Shown in pieces: positions 53,853 to 62,441 of a stretch of 64,000 nt of DNA. The DNA comes from Kiritimatiellia bacterium (lineage in GTDB: Bacteria > Verrucomicrobiota > Kiritimatiellia > RFP12 > UBA1067). The DNA lies in assembly GCA_051884915.1 (NCBI GenBank), contig JBJEWF010000087.1, positions 30,595 to 94,594 of the forward strand, read 5' to 3'. Made by a program: the position numbers and the translations under genes. Each line of letters starts with the position of its first letter. Positions within the stretch are counted from its first letter, which is position 1. Below the pieces are notes generated by a model. That model was not told the DNA's origin. It made no database searches and saw only the letters and a list, made by a program, of their open reading frames with translations.

Positions 53853-54643
53853 GCGGGCGAATCCACAAACCGCTCTTCCGGCGCAAAACGGTCGAAGGCG
53901 CAGTCGAGCGCCGCGGCGGCATGGGCGTCCGAACTCAGCAGGAACCTGACGCCCCGGGCGCGCAGCAGGGCGCGGAATTCGCGGGAGGGATAGGCGTCGT
54001 CCATCCAGCCGCGCGAAATGGCGCCCGTGTTCACTTCGACGATTTTGCCGCTGGCCGCAATCGCATCGGCCGTCTTCTCCAGCTCGTCCCGGTACCAGGG
54101 CGCGGATTCGTCGAAATAGCGCAGAACGCCGTTGAACTTGCGCACGAGATCGGGATGGCCCACCACGTTGAAGTCGCATTGGGCGACCATGTCCCGGTTC
54201 TGGGCGAAATAGGCGCGCAGAAACGCCCTGGCGTCGCCGCCGAAATGGTCGCGGATGCCGGCCGTCAGCAACTCCGGCCGGTCGTCGACGGACACGTGGC
54301 ATCCGTCCGGCGCGACGACGCTGTGGACGGAGCCGATCAGATAGTCCAGATTCAAGTGCGCGTAGCGCGCCCGTTCGGGCGCCGTGTCGCCGGGAATGTA
54401 GTCCGCCTCGATTCCGCACAGGATGCGGATGCGCCCCGCGTACCGGGCGGACAGATCGCGGATTTCCCCGGCGTATGCCACCGCCGACGCGGGCGTGAGA
54501 TTGCCTTTGACGATGTCGGGCAATCTGGCATGGGAGGAGAAGCCGAGAACCGAAAAGCCCTTTTCAAGAGCCGCATGGACCATTTCCTCCGGCGTGTTCT
54601 TGCCGTCGCACCAGGTCGTGTGCGTGTGAAAATTCGTTTTCAT
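53849..54643 (-). CDS. PHP-family phosphoesterase (histidinol-phosphatase HisJ-like)
   Basis: 264 aa from ATG 54643. MKTNFHTHTTWCDG...GFSSH...GIEADY...GSVH...GHPD...SSDAH gives the PHP metal-ligand pattern. ATGA overlaps occur at both ends. Confidence 0.8.
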   Translation of the reverse strand: MKTNFHTHTTWCDGKNTPEEMVHAALEKGFSVLGFSSHARLPDIVKGNLTPASAVAYAGEIRDLSARYAGRIRILCGIEADYIPGDTAPERARYAHLNLDYLIGSVHSVVAPDGCHVSVDDRPELLTAGIRDHFGGDARAFLRAYFAQNRDMVAQCDFNVVGHPDLVRKFNGVLRYFDESAPWYRDELEKTADAIAASGKIVEVNTGAISRGWMDDAYPSREFRALLRARGVRFLLSSDAHAAAALDCAFDRFAPEERFVDSPA

Positions 54644-55722
54644 CCGAGAACCTTCCGCCGTGCCAGACACGACATTGCCGCCAGCCGCCCCGTTGCAAAG
54701 GCAAGCGTCAGATTGAAACCGCCGGTCGGTCCGTCGACGTCCAGGACTTCCCCGGCGAAATAGAGTCCGGGCATCTTCCGCGACATCATCGTCCCGGCAT
54801 CGACGTCGTCCAGCGAGACGCCGCCGATCGTCACGATGGCCTCCTTGAGCGGACGCGGCGTCGGGTTGCGCAAGACCCGCCGGTCGTCGCCGAAACGGAT
54901 TTCGATCGCGTATCCGCCGTCCGCGGGATGATGGGCCATCCAGCGCTGGCAGTTGTAGACGGCGGCGCCGCCCAGGCCCCAGCGTTCGCAATCGACTTCG
55001 CCGCGGCAGGCATGGACGACCCGGCCGGCGGCGTCGAGGACCCGCGCGGAACCATTCTCGAAACGGGCGCCGGCCCGGTCCGTCACCGTCCGGTCGTCCA
55101 CTTCAAACCCGACCAGCCCCGGACGCAGCGGTTCGATCCGATGCCCGAGCGCGCGCGCAAAATTCTGTCCGTCGCCCACGGAACCCGTCTTGGGGAACGA
55201 GACGCCGCCCGTGGCGATCAGCACGTTCTGCGCCCGGAGCGAGAAGTTCTCCGTCTGCACGAGGAATCCGCCGTCGCTTTGCGCGACGTCCGTGACGGGA
55301 CAGTTGGAGCAAATCGGGACGCCCGCATCCCGGAGCACGTCGCCAAAGGCATGGACGATCGTCGCGGCCTGGCCCGAATCGGGGAACAGGCGGCCGTCCT
55401 CCATCCGGCGGATTCCGACGCCGAGGCTCCTGAACCCGCGGGCGATGGCCTGGGGCGTGCATTCGCGAAGGGCCCGGGCCGCCCAGGACGCGGCCGGCTC
55501 GCCCAGCTCGCGAAGCAACGTGTCGACCGGGACGTCCTTGGTGAAATTGCACCGGCCATTCGCCGTCATCAGGACCTTGGCGCCCAACCGCGCCTTGCGC
55601 TCGAAGATCACGCATCCCAGGCCCCGTTGCGCCGCAACGGTCGCCGCGAACATCCCCGCCGCGCCGCCGCCGACAATCGCCAGGGGAACCGGCCGTTCCC
55701 GCACCTTCTGGGAGCGCTGCAT
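54640..55722 (-). CDS. HI0933/YhiN-like NAD(P)/FAD-dependent flavoprotein
   Basis: The Rossmann motif AIVGGGAAGMFAA and GAKVLMTANGRCNFT are typical of the HI0933 family. The C-terminal FAGEVLDVDGPTGGFNL is also present. Confidence 0.78.
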   Translation of the reverse strand: MQRSQKVRERPVPLAIVGGGAAGMFAATVAAQRGLGCVIFERKARLGAKVLMTANGRCNFTKDVPVDTLLRELGEPAASWAARALRECTPQAIARGFRSLGVGIRRMEDGRLFPDSGQAATIVHAFGDVLRDAGVPICSNCPVTDVAQSDGGFLVQTENFSLRAQNVLIATGGVSFPKTGSVGDGQNFARALGHRIEPLRPGLVGFEVDDRTVTDRAGARFENGSARVLDAAGRVVHACRGEVDCERWGLGGAAVYNCQRWMAHHPADGGYAIEIRFGDDRRVLRNPTPRPLKEAIVTIGGVSLDDVDAGTMMSRKMPGLYFAGEVLDVDGPTGGFNLTLAFATGRLAAMSCLARRKVLG

Positions 55723-55736
55723 GACTCGCGCGAACC

Positions 55737-56498
55737 CTAGCGGTTCCCGTTGTAGATGCGATGCGCCTGGAGAATGGCGATCAGCGCGAAGACGGCGATC
55801 ATCATTTCGCCGCCTTCTTCAAACGCGGTGAAGAAGGAGGAAATTCCGTCAATGGCCTTGTCCTTCGGCAGCCCCTTCAGATGGCGCATCCACGCCGGCA
55901 TGCGGTCGCAGAGCTGGACCATCACGCCGCTCCCGCCCAGGCAGCAGACGCTCCAGGCCACCGGATGCAGTCTGAAGAACCCGACGACCAGATCCTTCGC
56001 GAAGTAGGCGAGGAGCGCGGCGAAGACGCCGAAGAAGGCGGAAAAATAGAAGAGCACGAACGCCTTGGCGGAAAGGGGAACGGCGCCATTGGTCAGAAAC
56101 CTCATTTTGAACGGCGTCCCCGTCAACGGCGACCCGTCCGGCCGCGTCAGGCCGGAGATGCCGCCATCGGCGTTGACAATGTCCGGAAAGAGCGCGTGCA
56201 TGGCGGCCAGATGCAGATCCAGTTCCTTGCAGACGGCAAAAAAGGCCACGCAGCTGACCGCCGCGCAGAGAAGCGCCCGGCGGCGCGCCGAACCCGTAAA
56301 CGGGCATTTCCACCAGACGAGCGGGACGATCGCCGCGAAAAACGGAATCGTCGCCAGTTCGAAGGGGGAGCGGCCATCGTTGTCGAACGCATGATGCAGG
56401 GCCGCAGGTTCCATGACCGCCCACGTCAACGCCAGCAGGGAAATCCCAATGGCGAATACGACCGGCGACAGCAAAAACGATTTATCCCGTTCCATCAC
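55737..56498 (-). CDS. Polytopic membrane protein of unknown function
   Basis: 253 aa with about 7 hydrophobic segments. I recognise no motif. It sits between the acyl-CoA ligase and the flavoprotein genes. Confidence 0.5.
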   Translation of the reverse strand: MMERDKSFLLSPVVFAIGISLLALTWAVMEPAALHHAFDNDGRSPFELATIPFFAAIVPLVWWKCPFTGSARRRALLCAAVSCVAFFAVCKELDLHLAAMHALFPDIVNADGGISGLTRPDGSPLTGTPFKMRFLTNGAVPLSAKAFVLFYFSAFFGVFAALLAYFAKDLVVGFFRLHPVAWSVCCLGGSGVMVQLCDRMPAWMRHLKGLPKDKAIDGISSFFTAFEEGGEMMIAVFALIAILQAHRIYNGNR

Positions 56499-56519
56499 AA
56501 CAACCCTCGTGTCCGTTGC

Positions 56520-58193
56520 CTATTCGTCCAGCGTGCCCTTGTAGACGACGCGCTTGACTTTCTGAATCGACGTGCGCACAAGCGGCTCCCTTGAGACGAC
56601 GACCTTGCGGACGCGCTTGTAGTCCGCCAGATGCGCGCACTGGTCATGGACGTGCCGCTGGGCGATTTTCACCGCCTCCTCCCAGGGCGGCTCGACGCCG
56701 CCGTTGCGCGCCACCAGCAAATCCATGTTCGGATGGACGACGCATCCCACCCTCTCGCCCGGGAGCCCGCCCGTGAGATAGCCGATGACGATGCAATCGG
56801 ACACGAGGGGGTCGGCGGCAATCCGGTTCTCGACCTCTTCGGGATAGATGTTCTTGCCTTCGCGGTTGACGATCAGCGCCTTCTTGCGCCCGCAAATGGA
56901 AATCAGCCCGTCCGCCGCGATGGTGGCCAGGTCGCCGGTCTTCAGCCAGCCGCCCGCGTCGAACGCCTCGGCCGTCGCCGCCTCGTTGTGCCAGTAGCCC
57001 CTCATGGTGATCGGACCGCGGACCTGCAGTTCCCCCACGCCCTGCTCGTTCCGGTCGGCAAGCCGGACTTCGATGTTCGTCAGCTTCCGCCCGATCGTCC
57101 CGATGCGCGCGCACTTCGGCCCCGAAATGGAAACGACGGGCGAACATTCAGTCAGGCCGTAGCCTTCGAGAACGGGGATGCCCAGAGCCTTGTACCCTTC
57201 CAGCACATGTTTCGGACACGGCGCGCCGCCGACGATCATGAAGCGCAACCGCCCGCCAAGCCCCTTCCGGATCGCCCGGAAGACCAGTTTCTTCAAACCG
57301 ATCTTCATCAGGATCCGCGCCTTTGCCGACTTCTTCAGGTTGTCGTCGATCTTGTCGAAGATCTTCTCGGCCAGAAGCGGCACGCTCATGACAATGGAAG
57401 GGCGCAGGAACTTGACGTCCTCGCCGATCGTATAGAGCGAACGGACAAAATGCATGCCGGCGCCCACGAGCATCGGCACCACGAAATTCGTGCAGAACGA
57501 AAACGCGTGGAAGAGCGGAAGCACCACCAGGAAGACGTCCTCGGGGGAGAGCGTTTCGTCAAACGCCTCCAAGGCGCCCTCGGCATCGGCCGTGAAATTG
57601 CCATGCGTAATCATGGCGCCCTTCGGCTTGCCCGTCGTTCCCGACGTGTAGATGACCGAAGCCACGTCCCCTTCCCGCGCAACGTGCTCGTCGAACCAGC
57701 ACGAAGCGCCGGGCGTCGCCGCCGACTTCAGGCTTTCGTAGTCGTAGACCGGGACGGAACCAATCGGCTCGTAGGCCGTCTCCCCGCCATCGACGACAAC
57801 CACCGCACGGACGGCGGCCAGCCGCGGAACGATGTTCCTCATGACCGGCAGGTGCGCCCGGTCCGTCGTGACGACGACGGCGGACGAATCGGAAAGAATG
57901 TAGGCGATTTCCTCCGTATGGAGTTTGGGATCCAGCGGAACCACGCTGACGCCGGCGCCACTGCAGGCCAGATAGGACTCCATCCAGTCGGGGCCGTTCG
58001 GCAGGATGAGTGCCACGTTCTCGACCTGCGGCTTCAGACCGAATCCGGGGCCATACGCCTCGGCGGTCTTCCGGACGCCCGCCAGAAACTCCGCGTAGGT
58101 GCGCGTGCGCCAGGTTTTGGCGTGACAATAGCGCAAAGCCACGTTCTGCGGCGTTTCCTTCGCAAATCTCTCAAGATAGGAGCGTATCGTCAT
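56520..58193 (-). CDS. Long-chain-fatty-acid--CoA ligase-like AMP-dependent synthetase
   Basis: YTSGTTGKPKGAM, GYGLTE, GWLKTGD and GKNIYPEE are adenylation motifs. I moved the start to ATG 58193 (AGGAAAG 8 nt upstream), because the track ATG 58241 lies inside the predicted -10 region. Confidence 0.85.
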   Translation of the reverse strand: MTIRSYLERFAKETPQNVALRYCHAKTWRTRTYAEFLAGVRKTAEAYGPGFGLKPQVENVALILPNGPDWMESYLACSGAGVSVVPLDPKLHTEEIAYILSDSSAVVVTTDRAHLPVMRNIVPRLAAVRAVVVVDGGETAYEPIGSVPVYDYESLKSAATPGASCWFDEHVAREGDVASVIYTSGTTGKPKGAMITHGNFTADAEGALEAFDETLSPEDVFLVVLPLFHAFSFCTNFVVPMLVGAGMHFVRSLYTIGEDVKFLRPSIVMSVPLLAEKIFDKIDDNLKKSAKARILMKIGLKKLVFRAIRKGLGGRLRFMIVGGAPCPKHVLEGYKALGIPVLEGYGLTECSPVVSISGPKCARIGTIGRKLTNIEVRLADRNEQGVGELQVRGPITMRGYWHNEAATAEAFDAGGWLKTGDLATIAADGLISICGRKKALIVNREGKNIYPEEVENRIAADPLVSDCIVIGYLTGGLPGERVGCVVHPNMDLLVARNGGVEPPWEEAVKIAQRHVHDQCAHLADYKRVRKVVVSREPLVRTSIQKVKRVVYKGTLDE

Positions 58194-58219
58194 CTTCTTT
58201 GCTTTCCTGCGTCTCCGAT

Positions 58220-58228
58220 AATCTATCA
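58220..58228 (-). promoter_or_regulatory. Extended -10 element TGATAGATT upstream of the acyl-CoA ligase gene
   Basis: Minus strand reads gggataTGATAGATTatcggagacgcAGGAAAGcaaagaagATG. Confidence 0.45.
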
Positions 58229-58263
58229 TATCCCGTGCCACGCATCAAGCGCGGCAATCGCTA

Positions 58264-59202
58264 TTAAAAGTACCATTTCAGGGGGTCTCGGAAGCGATCC
58301 AGGAAGATTTTCTGTTCCCTTGCCACCAGGACGCGGGCGGACAATTCCTGGCACGCCCCTGCCAGTTCGCCGGGATCCAAGGCAAGCGCCGCCGTCGACA
58401 GGGCGTCTGCCACGGCCGCCGACGTCGGGCAGTACGCCCACGTCTGCGCCCACCGGCCGGCGGCGGCGCGTTTCCGGACGTCCACGACATGCTGTCCCCG
58501 GATCTCGAAACCGCTTCCGGAAAGAGCCGCGCCATCCGTCAGGCGAACGACCGTCTCCAGTCGTGTCCGTTTCTTCCAGACGCCACCCACTCCCAGCGGC
58601 CAGCCCCGGCCCGTGCCGTCCATGTCGCCCCACGCCAGCAGCGTCGACGTGCCCGCGTCCAGGAGACACGAGCCGATTTCAAACTGCTCCGACTTCAGAA
58701 TGCGGGCCGCCTCGTCCAGGGCAAAGCCCTTGCCGATTCCGCCAAAATCAAGTTCGAGCGGCGTCGCGCGGCCCAGGGCATCCGCCGTGACCGAAACCCG
58801 GCGATGTTCCACGTCCAGAACAAGCCGCTGCATCCCGCCCCGCGCAAACGCCTCGTCGCGCGCCTCCCGGGGCAGCGCGTCCCAGGTTGCGCCCGCCGCG
58901 CGCAGTCTGTCCATGATCGGGCCGACGGTCGGGTCGAACGCGCCCCCCGTTGCCGCGCAGACGCGCGTGGCCGTCACCAGAAGGTCCATCGTCTCGGCCG
59001 CGACGGTCGCGATCCGCCCCGGGGACAGTCCCCGGACGACCGCCACGTCGCTCGTGTCGTTGAACCGGCTCAACAGCAGTTCCAGGGCGTCGATCCGGTC
59101 GAAAACGGCCGCCGCCGCCGCACCGCAGAGAGAGGGGTCCTCAGTCAAACCAAAGGACACCGAAAACTCGGTGTCCATGGCCTTGTGGCTGAATTTCTCC
59201 AC
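58264..59202 (-). CDS. apbE: FAD:protein FMN transferase (ApbE family) without a recognisable signal peptide
   Basis: 312 aa. AMDTEFSV (compare the AMGT motif), FDPTVGP, DFGGIGKGFALD and SGSG are ApbE-type motifs. The N-terminus MEKFSHK has no hydrophobic leader or lipobox. Confidence 0.8.
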   Translation of the reverse strand: MEKFSHKAMDTEFSVSFGLTEDPSLCGAAAAAVFDRIDALELLLSRFNDTSDVAVVRGLSPGRIATVAAETMDLLVTATRVCAATGGAFDPTVGPIMDRLRAAGATWDALPREARDEAFARGGMQRLVLDVEHRRVSVTADALGRATPLELDFGGIGKGFALDEAARILKSEQFEIGSCLLDAGTSTLLAWGDMDGTGRGWPLGVGGVWKKRTRLETVVRLTDGAALSGSGFEIRGQHVVDVRKRAAAGRWAQTWAYCPTSAAVADALSTAALALDPGELAGACQELSARVLVAREQKIFLDRFRDPLKWYF

Positions 59203-59205
59203 GCG

Positions 59206-61359
59206 CTATTTCTTTCTGCAGCACATCCAGCAGATTGCGCAGCTGACCGCCGCGAAGCACAACGACGTGCACCGGTGGCTCCACAGGAGGATTTCCTGTC
59301 CGTGCGACCCGAAGACCGTCATCATCGGCATGACCGACGTGAACACGACGGCGGCCGCCAGGAACGTCCAGAAGGCCCACAGGACGGACATCCACAGCTT
59401 CTTCGTCCGGTCGGCCGTCCGGAAGAACAGCATCAGCAGCGCGCAGGCCGCGAAGACGCCGCCGGCGACCATGTGCAGAACCAGCCACCAGCCCGTCATT
59501 CCGCCCATGAACCAGCCGAGCGCGCCCGACAGGATCTGGTAGAGGAGACCCGCCACGAATCCAAGGTCGACCAGCCACTTGAAGAGCCCCCAGGCGAATT
59601 CGCCCGTCTCGTCGGCCACCCACTTGGCGAGTTTCTGAAACGCCCAGGCAACCGTCGCCGCCGCAAAGAGGCACATCAGGCCGAACGCGACCCAGAGGAA
59701 GACCTTGAACACGGGACGCAGCGCGAAGGTTGAACCCAGAACGGTGTGGTAGAACCTTCCGACGCCGAGGAATTCGGCTTGCGGAACGGATTCGACGGCG
59801 GCGTCGACAATCGGCCCCGCCGGCCGGATCGAGCCGAGGAAGAACTGCGAATCGTCCGAATGGCAGTCGGCGCAGACGGCCGGCGCCGCGCCCATGGCCT
59901 TGCGCGCGGGGCGGACGTCGTGCCCCAAGGCCCAGGACACGGGCTTGGCGGCGGCGTGCGCCGCGTGGACGAGGTTCGTGCCTTCGAGCCGCCACAGCTG
60001 GCCATGGCCGACGAACGCGTACGCCTTGTCCGCCGCCCGGGCGGCCAGTTCCCGCAGAGCCGACGCAAGGACGGCCCTGGTGAAGGCGTTTGTCGTGTCG
60101 AGGGCCTTGACGTCCTGGAGCGCGTCCGGGAGAATCGGCACCGGCGCACCATCCTTCAGTTCCGCGAAATAGCTCGGCCACACCATCCGCCGCGCCTCGA
60201 TGACGCCCTTCGCGTTCCGGACGAACACGGGTTCGAGGATGAAGGGATTGTCCGTGGCCCACTGCGCACGGCCGTAGATGCCGATGCGGTTCGCGCGCGA
60301 CGTCCGGACCAGACGGCGCTCGCCGCGTTCCGTCACCCCCGCATGGCAGACCGTGCAGGACAGCTTCTCGAAATGGACCAGCGGAATGCCCGCATGGGCG
60401 GGACGGGGACCGCTTCCCTTCGCGCCCACGTGGCAGCCGGCGCAGCTCTTCGTCTTCACGCGATGGTCCATGCCGTTCTGATGGCAGTCGATGCACGTCA
60501 GGCCCCGCTTGAGGTGGACGTCGCCGGCAATCTGATGGGACGGCATGCCTTTCTGCGAAACGCCATGGCAGGACAGGCAGTTCCCGCTCTGCGGCTTGCC
60601 CACCCTGAACAGGCAGCGGTTCTTCTGGTCGAACTGCGTCTTGTCGTAAACCGTGTTTTCGGGAACCCGGAAGAGGTGGTCGTCCGGATTCTCGTTCAGA
60701 AAGGCGGCATCCCAGGAGGATTCAAGGCGCTCGTTCATGCCCTCGACAAGACCGATGCCCGCCGCCGCCGTGGCGGCCCCCTGCCAGTTCTCGCGCAGAA
60801 CCTGGCGCGCCCACTCGCTCGAATCGTATCCGCCCTGCTGGTGGCAGGCAAGGCAGTTCACGCCCAAGGCGCCCGTCACAAACCAGCGCTGCCGCTCGCC
60901 CGCGACCTCCTCCATGGCACGCGGATCGCTGCCGATGCCGCCGCCCGGGAAGGCGCGGCCGAACATCTTCGTCCACTGCCAGCAGGAGATGCCGAGTTCG
61001 CGCGGCGATTTGGCGCCCTCCTGCCCGTGCAGGGAAAGCGGAATGGCCGTGGCCGTCCGGTCGTCCGCGAGAAACCAGGGCTCGCCCTGCACCGAAGCGG
61101 GCGCATCGTTGGTGTCAAGCCCCGTGCGGAAATGGGATCCGCCGCGGGACGAGGCGACGTCATGGCACTGAGCGCACGTTTTCTCCTGCGAGATGGGCGC
61201 CGGCAGACGCCCCCCCGGCGAGACCTTGTCGCCCGCGGCGTCCAGCGGAGCCAGCCGATGGAAGGGAACCGTCCGCCCGCCATTCCAGTGACCCGCGTCG
61301 GCCCCGGCCGAAAGACCGGCGACGAGAGCCGCGGCCAAGATCAAAAAGTTTCTCCTCAT
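59206..61359 (-). CDS. Heptaheme c-type cytochrome fused to a C-terminal five-TM membrane domain
   Basis: Seven CxxCH motifs: CAQCH, CLACH, CLSCH, CIDCH, CAGCH, CTVCH, CADCH. Signal peptide MRRNFLILAAALVAGLSAGA. The last ~173 aa (59209-59727) contain five hydrophobic helices. I prefer ATG 61359, which has GGAGG 6 nt upstream. The track ATG 61365 abuts the SD. Confidence 0.8.
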   Translation of the reverse strand: MRRNFLILAAALVAGLSAGADAGHWNGGRTVPFHRLAPLDAAGDKVSPGGRLPAPISQEKTCAQCHDVASSRGGSHFRTGLDTNDAPASVQGEPWFLADDRTATAIPLSLHGQEGAKSPRELGISCWQWTKMFGRAFPGGGIGSDPRAMEEVAGERQRWFVTGALGVNCLACHQQGGYDSSEWARQVLRENWQGAATAAAGIGLVEGMNERLESSWDAAFLNENPDDHLFRVPENTVYDKTQFDQKNRCLFRVGKPQSGNCLSCHGVSQKGMPSHQIAGDVHLKRGLTCIDCHQNGMDHRVKTKSCAGCHVGAKGSGPRPAHAGIPLVHFEKLSCTVCHAGVTERGERRLVRTSRANRIGIYGRAQWATDNPFILEPVFVRNAKGVIEARRMVWPSYFAELKDGAPVPILPDALQDVKALDTTNAFTRAVLASALRELAARAADKAYAFVGHGQLWRLEGTNLVHAAHAAAKPVSWALGHDVRPARKAMGAAPAVCADCHSDDSQFFLGSIRPAGPIVDAAVESVPQAEFLGVGRFYHTVLGSTFALRPVFKVFLWVAFGLMCLFAAATVAWAFQKLAKWVADETGEFAWGLFKWLVDLGFVAGLLYQILSGALGWFMGGMTGWWLVLHMVAGGVFAACALLMLFFRTADRTKKLWMSVLWAFWTFLAAAVVFTSVMPMMTVFGSHGQEILLWSHRCTSLCFAAVSCAICWMCCRKK

Positions 61360-61392
61360 GAACATCCTCCCCTCACTCCGGTCGCCGGCCTC

Positions 61393-61809
61393 TCACTTCC
61401 CCTCGTCCTTCGTCGCCAGGGAGAAGTTCCACACGTCTGCGGCACGGCACGCATCGATGAGCCCCATCAGCTTTTCATAGGCCGCCGTCTTGTCGGCGCG
61501 GATGACCACGGGCTGGCCCGGATAAAGCTGGGCAATCCGCTTCAGGCGCTCCGTGACGTCCTCCAGGGTCAGTTTCTGCCCGTTGATCGTGACGTCGCCC
61601 TGTTCGTTGAGATTCAGGATGATCTCGCCGGGCATGCGTCCGGGAACGGTCGCCGACTTCGCCGTCGGCAGGGCGATCGCCACTTCCGTTTCCCACTGGG
61701 AAAACACGCTCGACGTCACGAAGAAGCACAGCAGCAGGAAGATGACGTCCATCAAAGACGCCATCTGCACGGCCGGTGCATGGCTTTTGCGCGTACGGTT
61801 GAAGTTCAT
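61393..61809 (-). CDS. exbD: Biopolymer transport protein ExbD/TolR (third copy in the window)
   Basis: 138 aa. QMASLMDVIFLLLCFFV is the TM helix with its conserved Asp, followed by a periplasmic domain. Confidence 0.88.
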   Translation of the reverse strand: MNFNRTRKSHAPAVQMASLMDVIFLLLCFFVTSSVFSQWETEVAIALPTAKSATVPGRMPGEIILNLNEQGDVTINGQKLTLEDVTERLKRIAQLYPGQPVVIRADKTAAYEKLMGLIDACRAADVWNFSLATKDEGK

Positions 61810-62441
61810 GCAAATGCCTTTTCAAGCGCCACGGCCAGCGTTTCCAGACCCGCGACGCGCTTGGCCGTGCGACGACGGAGAAACGCGTGGAACGCCAGAC
61901 ACGGAATGGAGATGACAAGGCCGAACACCGTCGTGATGATCGCCTGGGAAACGCCCTGGGCCAGAACGACCGGACGCGCGTTGGCGGCCAAGTCGCTGGC
62001 GATGCCGCCAAAGGCCTGGAACATGCCGAGAACCGTTCCCAGCAGACCGACGAGCGGCGCGATGACCGCAAGATCCGCCAGCCAGTCGACCGACGCCTGC
62101 AGCCGTTCCGAGACGTGCGAACCCGCCGTCTCAATCGCCGATCTGACATCGGTCTTCGTGCCGGCCGGGGTGCCGCGCACGGCATCGAGCGCGGCGAGCG
62201 CAAGCCCGGCAAACGCGCACGGCCGCCGCTCGCAGAGACGGCGCGCTTCGCCCAGATCCCGCGCCTGAAGTTTGCTGAAAACGTCGCTCACCAGCGTGCG
62301 CGGGGCGAGAGCGCCGCGCCGCTGCGCCAGCAGCAGGTAGAGCACCACCGCGAGGGCGACCACGGAGAGTCCCGCCAGAACCCACATCAGGGGACCGCCA
62401 TAGGCCCATGCCTGGGCAACCGTAATTCCGCTTTCGTTCAT
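61806..62441 (-). CDS. exbB: MotA/TolQ/ExbB proton-channel protein (short form)
   Basis: 211 aa with 3 TM segments. APLVGLLGTVLGMFQAF...TTVFGLVISIPCLAFHAF is the signature. The start overlaps the argH stop (ATGA at 62438-62441). Confidence 0.88.
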   Translation of the reverse strand: MNESGITVAQAWAYGGPLMWVLAGLSVVALAVVLYLLLAQRRGALAPRTLVSDVFSKLQARDLGEARRLCERRPCAFAGLALAALDAVRGTPAGTKTDVRSAIETAGSHVSERLQASVDWLADLAVIAPLVGLLGTVLGMFQAFGGIASDLAANARPVVLAQGVSQAIITTVFGLVISIPCLAFHAFLRRRTAKRVAGLETLAVALEKAFA

